DNA of 36,536 nucleotides, taken from NCBI GenBank assembly GCA_947628105.1, contig CANQYN010000001.1:1-36536 (forward strand), given 5' to 3'. The stretch comes from an uncultured Bacilli bacterium (GTDB lineage: Bacteria; Bacillota_I; Bacilli_A; RF39; UBA660). Positions 27,291-34,893 of this stretch are shown in pieces. The notes under the pieces are model-generated. The model was not told the origin of the DNA and searched no databases. It was given only the letters and a program-made list of their open reading frames with translations. The position numbers and the translations under genes were made by a program. Position 1 is the first letter of the stretch; the number at the start of each line of letters is the position of its first letter.

Positions 27291-28217
27291 TCAAAATGAT
27301 TCATCATGAAAAAGTTTTTTGATTTTCTTTTGAGGTACTAAAATTTTCATCTCCTTTTTTACTTGAAATAAAAATTTATTATTTTTTTCTCGATATTCTT
27401 CTCCATCGATACACCAAGAATCTTTTATTTCTTTATCAAAAACAATTTCTAAATGATTCGTTTTAAAAGAGATAATATTTTTTTCTCTTTTTTCATCGTT
27501 ATTCATAAAATGAAAAATAGATTGAATTAATTCTTTTGGCTTTTTCGCTTTACAAAATAATACTTCAAATTGATTATCATCTAATAATACATCATTATAT
27601 ATATGAGAAATTCCCGCTACTCGAGTACTATTCGTAATAAAAATAAAAGTAAATTCTCCTCTTTCCCACTTTCCATTTACTCGATAACGAATAGAATAAG
27701 GAACTATGGGACGATTTAGTTTTTTTAAAGCATAAATTATATACCCAAAACTACCATATTTTTCTTTTAATTTGCGGGGAGTTTGATAGGCAATATCGAC
27801 AAATGGACCAAAACATGCGACATAAACAAATGGTTTTTGATTAATAAAACAAATATCTAATTTCTTAGGTGTACCTTTTAGTAGTGATTCTAAATTTTTT
27901 GATGCATCTTTCGTAAGACCATACATTTTACTTACGTCATTTCCTGTCCCAACCGGAAATGGAGCAATTAGTAACTTTTTCTTTCGTAAAAAATTTCCTG
28001 TTACTACCTCATTTAAGGTTCCATCGCCCCCAGCAGCGATAACCAAATCAACTGAGCCTATTACTTGCATTAATAAAATCGCATGTCCTTTATACTGAGT
28101 ATATAATACTTCTGTATCATAACCATATTTTTCCAATAAAGGAATAATAGTTTGTGTAAATTGTTTCTTTTTTCTTTTCCCACTTTTGGGATTATAAATC
28201 ACAACGCATTTTTTCAT
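27291..28217 (-). CDS. Diacylglycerol/lipid kinase, YegS/BmrU/DagK family
   Basis: DAGK catalytic domain: VVIYNPKSGKRK, AAGGDGTLNEVV, PVGTGNDVSK. 308 aa. Confidence 0.88.
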   Translation of the reverse strand: MKKCVVIYNPKSGKRKKKQFTQTIIPLLEKYGYDTEVLYTQYKGHAILLMQVIGSVDLVIAAGGDGTLNEVVTGNFLRKKKLLIAPFPVGTGNDVSKMYGLTKDASKNLESLLKGTPKKLDICFINQKPFVYVACFGPFVDIAYQTPRKLKEKYGSFGYIIYALKKLNRPIVPYSIRYRVNGKWERGEFTFIFITNSTRVAGISHIYNDVLLDDNQFEVLFCKAKKPKELIQSIFHFMNNDEKREKNIISFKTNHLEIVFDKEIKDSWCIDGEEYREKNNKFLFQVKKEMKILVPQKKIKKLFHDESF

Positions 28218-28280
28218 AAAGCCTCCATGAAAAGAAACTAGTATTCACTAGTTTGCTATATTATATGACAACTTTTTTGG

Positions 28281-29954
28281 CTATTTCATTAATTGTTCTT
28301 CTAAATGGTTTATTTCATCAGAAATTGACTTTTTCTGTTTTTGGGTTAAATCAGATATTTTGATTGCCTTATCAATAGTATCTTTAATATTTGATTTTTT
28401 TGTCACCGTTCCATTAACCTCGGCCTTAATATCGATATAAGTAAAATCTTTTTGCTTTACTTTTACTTGTATCAATTCTTTATTTTTAAAATCATCGTCT
28501 TCTTTCAATAATTCCGTTTCCACCTTAAATTGTAATGTTATATTTTGATAATCAATATTAAAATCAAAAGTGACATAATCATCTTTTTGAATAATCTTAA
28601 CATTTCCTACTTTTTTATCTTTATCATCGGTAAAATCAACGGTCGTTTCATCTCCGTTTGTCTTAACAAGAGCACTAGCAATAAGACGATCTTGATAATA
28701 CAAATTAATCGTATCATTTTTTTCATCAAGGTAAACTAATTTAATATTATCTTCTTCACTTTGAATGTCTAATTCATATTTTAATTCTTTACAAGTAATG
28801 GTATTGGTATATACCGTAAATAAAATTTTATCTTTTCCCCAATTTTTATTATTCCATTTTAAATCTTTTAGTTTAATACCATATTTTTCTAATATTTCCT
28901 CTAATTTCTTATCGCTTTTCAAATCACTTACGACATTTTTAAAAAATTCATTTCCATTTTTATTATCTAATACTAAAGTATTTTTTTTCACCTTAGTCAT
29001 TTTTCCTTGAAGTTTTATTTTCGTATTCTCTGTTGTAAAATAATCTTCTTTTAAATTTCTTTTCAAAGCTCCTATTACATAATGATAAATATAGTCTAAA
29101 TTATCATAAAGTCCAGAATTTCCTACTTTAAATTCTTTTATAATAGCATTCGAATCTTCTAATTCAATATAATTATCTAACGCATTACGATAACGAACGT
29201 AATTTTTTTCATTTTGATTAATTAATCGAACATCAAAAAGTTCTTTATCATGTAATTTTCCATTCATCTTTAAAAATGTTTTTTTGCTTTTTGATTCATT
29301 CATTACCTGCAATTTAATATTACTATCATTTAAATTTTTTACTAGTTTAGCATAAGGTTTATATTCTGAAAATTGTGAAAAAGTATCTAATAAGTCAGAA
29401 TGAATGTCAAAATTAATTGTTCCATCTAACGTGTAATCAGATCCTATTTTATTTCCAAATGTTTGTTGATCAAAAACTCCATCAAATTTTTCTGACAAAC
29501 TAGTAATAGCATGAGACATAATTCTTTTTGGATTCATAAAATAAAATTTATATATACTAAAGCCAATCAATAAAACGGCTAACAAAACAAAAAGCGGAAA
29601 TAAAATTTTTCTAAATTTTGATCTTTCTTTTTCCTTTGTAAATAACATTTCTAACTGATAATCTTTTTTTGTTTCATCAGTGCTTTCTTTTTCTTTTGGT
29701 TTTGTTTCGATATTTTCTACTTTCTTTTTTTGTAGTGCATCCTTCTTTTGAGATTCTGTACTTTTTACTACCTTTTTTGTCGCCTTATTTTCTTCCTTTA
29801 CAGTTGCTTGTTTTTTAGAAGGATTTTTTTTAGAATTTTTATTTTTTACAGTAGTTGATTTAGAACTAGATGCTTTGGTATTATTCTTACTAGACGTTTT
29901 TTTCGAATTTGTTTGTTTTTTTCTTTCTATTTCCTTTTTATTTTCTTCTTTCAT
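28281..29954 (-). CDS. Hypothetical membrane-anchored protein with a Lys-rich N-terminus and a large extracytoplasmic domain
   Basis: About 115 aa of basic low-complexity sequence (KKTSSKNNTKASSSKSTTVKNKNSKK...), one TM helix (ILFPLFVLLAVLLIGFSIY), then about 420 aa with no recognised motif. ATG 29954 follows AGGAG by 8 nt. Confidence 0.55.
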   Translation of the reverse strand: MKEENKKEIERKKQTNSKKTSSKNNTKASSSKSTTVKNKNSKKNPSKKQATVKEENKATKKVVKSTESQKKDALQKKKVENIETKPKEKESTDETKKDYQLEMLFTKEKERSKFRKILFPLFVLLAVLLIGFSIYKFYFMNPKRIMSHAITSLSEKFDGVFDQQTFGNKIGSDYTLDGTINFDIHSDLLDTFSQFSEYKPYAKLVKNLNDSNIKLQVMNESKSKKTFLKMNGKLHDKELFDVRLINQNEKNYVRYRNALDNYIELEDSNAIIKEFKVGNSGLYDNLDYIYHYVIGALKRNLKEDYFTTENTKIKLQGKMTKVKKNTLVLDNKNGNEFFKNVVSDLKSDKKLEEILEKYGIKLKDLKWNNKNWGKDKILFTVYTNTITCKELKYELDIQSEEDNIKLVYLDEKNDTINLYYQDRLIASALVKTNGDETTVDFTDDKDKKVGNVKIIQKDDYVTFDFNIDYQNITLQFKVETELLKEDDDFKNKELIQVKVKQKDFTYIDIKAEVNGTVTKKSNIKDTIDKAIKISDLTQKQKKSISDEINHLEEQLMK

Positions 29955-30009
29955 TTTTCTCACTCCTATAATAATTATATCACATAATATGACAAAATAA
30001 GATAAATTT

Positions 30010-30037
30010 CAAAAAAAAGACAAAATATTTTGTCTTT
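30010..30037 (-). terminator. Strong rho-independent terminator at the native 3' end of the split amidase gene
   Basis: Perfect palindrome aaagacaaaat/attttgtcttt (30016-30037), followed on the minus strand by an 8-T run. Overlaps the stop codon at 30036-30038. Confidence 0.7.
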
Positions 30038-30050
30038 AAGGAATATATAG

Positions 30051-30229
30051 CATTTGTCCGATTTGTAAATCATTACTCTCTAAACGATTAAAACTTTTTA
30101 ACTCCGTTGCCGTAATGCCAAATTGATTGGCAATTTTCCACAAACTATCTCCTGGTTTTACAATATATGTTTTTTCTGCTTCTTTCGAAGATGTTGTCGG
30201 AATTATTAACATTTGTCCGATTTGTAAAT
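30051..30229. repeat. Pair of perfect 20-bp direct repeats inside the LysM-coding fragment
   Basis: catttgtccgatttgtaaat occurs at 30051-30070 and at 30210-30229 (encoding LQIGQML in two LysM modules), 159 bp apart. Confidence 0.8.
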
Positions 30230-30304
30230 TATCACTCATTAAATTGTTAGCTCGTTTAATATCATTAATCGTTGTGTTAAATTGTTTTGCTAAATTCCAT
30301 AATG

Positions 30305-30313
30305 TATCCCCTG
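30305..30313. repeat. Left junction core of the integrated element (att core copy 1)
   Basis: TATCCCCTG is identical to the 9-mer at 34920-34928. It falls in the codon phase GGG GAT A of the LysM reading frame on the minus strand. Confidence 0.75.
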
Positions 30314-30404
30314 ATACATTTTTTATGTCATATTTTTAAATAAAAATATTTCATTTTTCTTTATTGATATCATAAAGCTTTGAACACAAATTATTTCAAA
30401 TTCT

Positions 30405-31058
30405 TTATATAGATATTATTAAATGATTTCGTTTCATTAATTTCAAAGTTTTAACTAATTTATTATTAAGTCTTGGCCTTGTAAATTGCTCTTCTAATAT
30501 TAATTTGCTATTTTTATATCTGTCATAGGCAAATTGATAATCTTCGTTTTTTATTGCTTGGACACAAGGATTCACTACATTATCATAAATATATTTATAA
30601 ATGCTAAAGCTATCTTCAAGTTCATTAATTGCTTCTACTATGATAGGAGCTATTTTATAATAATGTTCTATATCTTCATCTGAAACAAAATTATTTCTAA
30701 ACCATCTTAATATTGTTAATTCTTCACAATTATCATCAAAATTTTCTTGCATATGTATCATACATGCACTTGTTAAATAGCATCCACCATTATCTTGAAC
30801 TTCACCTATCGTTGGATTAGACGAGCTATTACTCTTATTTCTACTATAATCCGGATCTTTTCCCTTGTTATAATCATCATTATTTTCCCATCTAGCATGT
30901 GAATGTCCACCATCACCATTGTTAACATATCTATTTACTGAACCCCTTTTTTCATAACTGGTATATTGTAAATTAGAATCATTATAATCTTCGTATCGAT
31001 CTACATCATAGCTGGCATAACCCCAATCTCTATTATTTCCGCCTTTACTATTAGACAT
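30405..31058 (-). CDS. Hypothetical 217-aa protein: disordered Asn/Asp/Gly/Tyr-rich N-half plus a Cys-motif helical C-half
   Basis: Start at ATG 31058 (MSNSKGG) with AAGGAGGG 7 nt upstream, overlapping the upstream ORF by 8 nt. The C-half reads GGCYLTSACMIHMQENFDDNCEELTILRWFRNNF...EHYYKIAPIIVEAI. Confidence 0.6.
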   Translation of the reverse strand: MSNSKGGNNRDWGYASYDVDRYEDYNDSNLQYTSYEKRGSVNRYVNNGDGGHSHARWENNDDYNKGKDPDYSRNKSNSSSNPTIGEVQDNGGCYLTSACMIHMQENFDDNCEELTILRWFRNNFVSDEDIEHYYKIAPIIVEAINELEDSFSIYKYIYDNVVNPCVQAIKNEDYQFAYDRYKNSKLILEEQFTRPRLNNKLVKTLKLMKRNHLIISI

Positions 31059-31347
31059 GAAATTTCCCTCCTTTATCAAACATAGAATTATACTCAATAG
31101 TTCCATCTTCATATATTATAAATTTTTCTTCCCCTATTTTTTCAAGCGTTAATATTAATTTAGTAACAATAGATTCTTTATCGCTATCATTTTTTTTGCT
31201 TAATAAACGATAGGCTTTTAAATCTTTATTGAAACTATCAAATAATTCTTTATTTTCTTTTGTTGCATCATAATAAGATTCTAATGCTAATGACCCTTTA
31301 AAAATAAATTTATCGTAGTTATTTTTATTAATTGAAAAATTATTCAT
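31051..31347 (-). CDS. Hypothetical 98-aa protein, translationally coupled to the 217-aa ORF
   Basis: ORF with AAAGGAG 11 nt upstream. No motif recognised. Its stop overlaps the start of the next ORF. Confidence 0.5.
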   Translation of the reverse strand: MNNFSINKNNYDKFIFKGSLALESYYDATKENKELFDSFNKDLKAYRLLSKKNDSDKESIVTKLILTLEKIGEEKFIIYEDGTIEYNSMFDKGGKFHV

Positions 31348-31375
31348 ACATTTAAAAACTCCTTTCTTATATAAA

Positions 31376-31404
31376 ATTATAATCTTTTTTTATCAAAAAA
31401 ACAA
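31376..31404 (-). promoter_or_regulatory. Candidate sigma-A-type promoter for the 98-aa/217-aa pair
   Basis: Minus strand: TTGTTT (31404-31399), 17-nt spacer, TATAAT (31381-31376), about 30 nt upstream of the 98-aa ORF. Confidence 0.4.
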
Positions 31405-31449
31405 TTTTATTCGTTACTGTCTATAAAAATTTTATTTCTAAATACCTTT

Positions 31450-33045
31450 TTATGTAGTATTTTTAAATGTAAATATAATATCTATCCTCTTATCTTGATA
31501 AATATAAATTTTTTCAACTAAATTTATTATTAATTCTCTTGTTGGCTCCTCTATTGATAAAAATTCATTAATGTATTTTTTTATTTGCTTATTATCTACT
31601 TTATTTGAAGCTATTTGTTCACTTTTAAGATTATCAATCCTCTTTTTATTATCATCTATTTCACTTTTTATATTTTCACTTATTCTTAAATATTGTAATT
31701 CATCAATGACACCTTTTAACCTATCCATATAAGTTTTATCTAAACTTTCAGTCAGTTTATTATTGGTAATTTTGAAATGTTCTATCTGTTTTTTAGTTTT
31801 TAAAGTTTTGTCTTCAAATTTTATATTTCCAATAGAATCTTTTATTTTGTTTTTATCAAGATATTTATGACAAACATCCTTAACATTATCTAAAATTACT
31901 TTTTCTAATGTTTCATAATTATTTGTATGTGTAGTACAAACATGATACTTTGAATATGTTCTGTAATAATCGCAAGTAGTATAACTTCTTCCTGTTTTAT
32001 TTTGATATCTTATTGTTATTCGATGCTTACAATCTCCACAGTATAAAAGGCCATCTAATAAATAAAATCTTTTCTTCTCTGGTCTTTTTACATTTTTAGG
32101 TAGTAGTGTTTGAACATAATTAAAAGTATCTCTATCTATTATCGCTTCATGAGTATTCTTAACAATTATATAATCATTAGGACTATTTTTAACTGTCTTC
32201 TTTAATTTATAATTAATCTTTTTAGTTTTACCTTGAACTGAATCTCCTACATAGATTTGATTAGTTAAAATTGCTTTTACAGTTGTATCAACCCATACAC
32301 CTTGCTTTTGTAAAATACATTTACTCTTGCACTTTGTATTCCAAACATAATTATAATAGGATGCTGGAGTCTTAATTTTTCTTTTGGTAAGTTCTTGTGC
32401 TATATAATGATAGGTATTCCCTTGAAGTGCTAAATCAAATATTAACTTAACAGTCCTAGCTTGTTCTTCATTTATTATTAAATGATTTTTATTATTTGGA
32501 TCTTTTATGTACCCAAAAGGACATCTTCCAGACACATATAAACCATCTTTCATTCTTGAATGTAGACTAGTTTTAACTTTTTTTGAAATATCTTTAGCAT
32601 ACATATCATTCATTATTGCTTTAAAAGGCGCTATATCATTATTGGTATTATCTATGAATGTATCTATCCCATCATTAATAGCAATATATCTTATATTATT
32701 GTTTGGAAAGTATTTTTCTATTAATTCTCCTGTTCCAATATAATCTCTACCTAATCTTGACATATCTTTCGTAATAATCATATTGATTTTACCAAATTCA
32801 ATATCTTTCATCATTCTTTTAAAAGCAGGTCTTTCAAAATTAGTTCCTGTAAACCCATCATCTACATACTCATCTATAACATTATAATTATTTTCTTTAA
32901 CATATTGATTAAGTAAACTTCTTTGACTGACGATACTATCAGATTCGTGTGTTAAATCATCTCTTGATAATCTTATATAAAGTCCTACATTAAAACTATT
33001 ATTTACGATTCTCAATTCATACTCCTTTCTTTTTGGAAGTATCAT
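31450..33045 (-). CDS. Large serine recombinase (resolvase/invertase catalytic domain, recombinase domain, zinc ribbon, coiled coil)
   Basis: Catalytic region VGLYIRLSRDD...SQR...YVDDGFTGTNFERPAFKRMM...IITKDMSRLGRDY. Zinc ribbon LYCGDCKHRI...TCDYY...HVCTTH. C-terminal LVEKIYIYQDKRIDIIFTF resembles the DUF4368-type end. A TTG at 33015 with AAAGGAG 7 nt upstream is an alternative start. Confidence 0.93.
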   Translation of the reverse strand: MILPKRKEYELRIVNNSFNVGLYIRLSRDDLTHESDSIVSQRSLLNQYVKENNYNVIDEYVDDGFTGTNFERPAFKRMMKDIEFGKINMIITKDMSRLGRDYIGTGELIEKYFPNNNIRYIAINDGIDTFIDNTNNDIAPFKAIMNDMYAKDISKKVKTSLHSRMKDGLYVSGRCPFGYIKDPNNKNHLIINEEQARTVKLIFDLALQGNTYHYIAQELTKRKIKTPASYYNYVWNTKCKSKCILQKQGVWVDTTVKAILTNQIYVGDSVQGKTKKINYKLKKTVKNSPNDYIIVKNTHEAIIDRDTFNYVQTLLPKNVKRPEKKRFYLLDGLLYCGDCKHRITIRYQNKTGRSYTTCDYYRTYSKYHVCTTHTNNYETLEKVILDNVKDVCHKYLDKNKIKDSIGNIKFEDKTLKTKKQIEHFKITNNKLTESLDKTYMDRLKGVIDELQYLRISENIKSEIDDNKKRIDNLKSEQIASNKVDNKQIKKYINEFLSIEEPTRELIINLVEKIYIYQDKRIDIIFTFKNTT

Positions 33046-33181
33046 TGAATAGTATCTTCTTATTTAAAATATTATAATTCATATATTGCTTTTCTAATTC
33101 TATTTTTAATACATTCGTTATTATGTCATTTAAAGATTTACCATTTTCTTTAAATTTTAAATTAACATTATATTTAACCAT
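33017..33181 (-). CDS. Possible 54-aa ORF coupled to the recombinase gene
   Basis: Read manually: MVKYNVNLKFKENGKSLNDIITNVLKIELEKQYMNYNILNKKILFNDTSKKKGV*. GGAGG lies 11 nt upstream. The stop (33019-33017) sits 1 nt before the alternative TTG start of the recombinase. Below the track length cutoff. Confidence 0.35.
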   Translation of the reverse strand: MVKYNVNLKFKENGKSLNDIITNVLKIELEKQYMNYNILNKKILFNDTSKKKGV

Positions 33182-33611
33182 AGAGTTTCATACCTCCAAT
33201 AAATTCTATGGCTTTAAAATTTAAATAAGTAATATTATTTAGATAATAATACCCCTAACAATATTACTTGTTATCATAGTCCTCCTGATTGTTTATTCCT
33301 CGATTAAATATTTTTCCTCTGAAATTAAATCTTCTCATTTATATTATCTTCTTTTCACGATACATGATACCCCCCACTAAAAAGAAGAGTCAAGTCATTA
33401 AGTATAGAAAGTTTTGTCTATCATCCTATAATACTTGCAAATGCATTAATTTATAAAAAAGCAGGATAAGATGTTTACACATCAATACTAAACTAATCCT
33501 TATTTTATAAGAGTTGATTATGGTGCTATTCTTATTTTGTACTTACGAAATTCATTCTACTTTGTAGGTTGATATAAAGAATAAAGTAAATAATATCAAT
33601 ACATTAGATCA

Positions 33612-33660
33612 CAAAAAATCATCCTAATTTATAGTTTTCGCTAAATTTTATAGGATGATT
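33612..33660 (-). terminator. Terminator after the kinase-like gene
   Basis: atcatccta (33618-33626) pairs with taggatgat (33651-33659), loop 24 nt. On the minus strand it is followed by TTTTTTG. Confidence 0.5.
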
Positions 33661-33678
33661 ATTTTTTACTAGTTAAGG

Positions 33679-34830
33679 TCATATATAATTATTTTTTGTA
33701 TAAATTTCATATTTAGAATACAAGTCATTTAAAAATCTAGTGGAATTTTCATTTTGTTCTGATTCTTCTATTTTTTTTCCTATTGTTCTTATCATCGTTT
33801 CAGTAAATTTAGATTCTAAATCATATTCATAATCATATTCATCTTGATAATTACACTTATTAATTGAATTTTTTTTATGATATTTCCATATTTCCATTAA
33901 ACAAAATAAATTTGAATCATTTCTAATATCATTAACTTCTACACTCCAAAACTTTTCACCATTATTAGTTATTTTATCGATAATTTGGTCTACCACTATT
34001 TCATATAATTCATCATAAACCGGATAATCTTCTTCTTCTAATTTAAATAAATCTTTCTTGACAACTCCTTGTTCCATTAAATATTGTTTTAAGCCAGCAT
34101 CTTTATCAAACAAATAAAATTTTTCATATTTTTCAAAATTAGGAATTACAGATTTAATTGCAAGAAGAGTCTTTGCTTCTATAGAATACTCCAATAAGTC
34201 TTTTTTTGATTGTTGATCTAGTGATAACTCCTCATTATATTTAAGTGTCGATGCAATTTGTCTAGGTTTAGGTGTTACAAATTTTAATGCTTTAAACAAT
34301 TTAATAGGATTATTTTCATCAAATACTTTTTCTACATCATAATGCAAAAAATCTATAAACCAAAATCCAGTTTCTTCATCGTAAAATAAATTTTTAGGTT
34401 TAGCCTCATACCCCATTTCATATAACATACAACCATCACTAATAAGTTTTTTATAATGTTCAAATGGAATGTTATAAACACGATTTAAATCTGAAATTAC
34501 CGTATCATATGAAACACCATATTTCGCCATAGAAGCGCAATTTTTTCCTTTGCATTTTTCTTGTAATACATAACAAACATCATCACTTCCTTCAATTGTC
34601 CTCATAACAGAAATATGCTTTGGAGTGTTAACACCTTTTTGAATTTTTTGATTAACCCCTTCCATAACCCTCTCTTCACAATCACGTGCTCGATGATTAT
34701 ATTTAACATATTTTAACGGAAGCATATATTTTACTAAAACAACATCCCCAAAATCAAAGCATTGACTTCCTCCATCACTTATATTTTGTTTGTTTTTAGA
34801 TTGCTCAATTGCATATTTTATATCTATCAT
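33679..34830 (-). CDS. Protein-kinase-like fold protein (atypical catalytic loop) with a helical C-terminal domain
   Basis: Gly-rich loop plus Lys (ISDGGSQCFDFGDVVLVKY), hinge-like VCYVLQEKCKG, catalytic-loop-like GYEAKPKNLFYD, DFG-like WFIDFLHYD. SD AAGGAG 8 nt upstream. TGTTATAAT extended -10 at 34858-34850. Confidence 0.5.
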   Translation of the reverse strand: MIDIKYAIEQSKNKQNISDGGSQCFDFGDVVLVKYMLPLKYVKYNHRARDCEERVMEGVNQKIQKGVNTPKHISVMRTIEGSDDVCYVLQEKCKGKNCASMAKYGVSYDTVISDLNRVYNIPFEHYKKLISDGCMLYEMGYEAKPKNLFYDEETGFWFIDFLHYDVEKVFDENNPIKLFKALKFVTPKPRQIASTLKYNEELSLDQQSKKDLLEYSIEAKTLLAIKSVIPNFEKYEKFYLFDKDAGLKQYLMEQGVVKKDLFKLEEEDYPVYDELYEIVVDQIIDKITNNGEKFWSVEVNDIRNDSNLFCLMEIWKYHKKNSINKCNYQDEYDYEYDLESKFTETMIRTIGKKIEESEQNENSTRFLNDLYSKYEIYTKNNYI

Positions 34831-34893
34831 ATCGTTTACTCCTTTTTTTATTATAACATATTTATAATCATAAATATCATTATTTAAATATTA

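Larger units (their letters stand above)
30036..30335 (-). pseudogene. Detached 3' fragment of the amidase gene (LysM modules 3b-4), lacking a start codon
   Basis: The in-frame reading is TAA(30338-30336)-KYDIKNVSGDTLWNLAKQFNTTINDIKRANNLMSDNLQIGQMLIIP...TYIVKPGDSLWKIANQFGITATELKSFNRLESNDLQIGQMLYIP*. The track ORF (30036-30239) begins at an internal Met with no SD. Confidence 0.82.

Noticed and set aside
28545-29010. Two plus-strand ORFs (64 and 81 aa) inside the 560-aa gene. The same applies to other antisense track ORFs at 182-391, 7050-7241, 7741-7929, 11170-11358, 12442-12639, 15385-15588, 17174-17368, 22112-22294, 30127-30339 and 32507-32743.
   Set aside because: All lie fully within, and antisense to, longer ORFs that have recognisable domains or good SDs. 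Their composition is typical of AT-rich shadow frames.
30036-30239. Track ORF read as a stand-alone 67-aa LysM protein gene
   Set aside because: No SD precedes the ATG. The LysM-coding frame continues in phase for 32 more codons upstream to a TAA. The piece therefore fits better as the detached 3' end of the split amidase gene.
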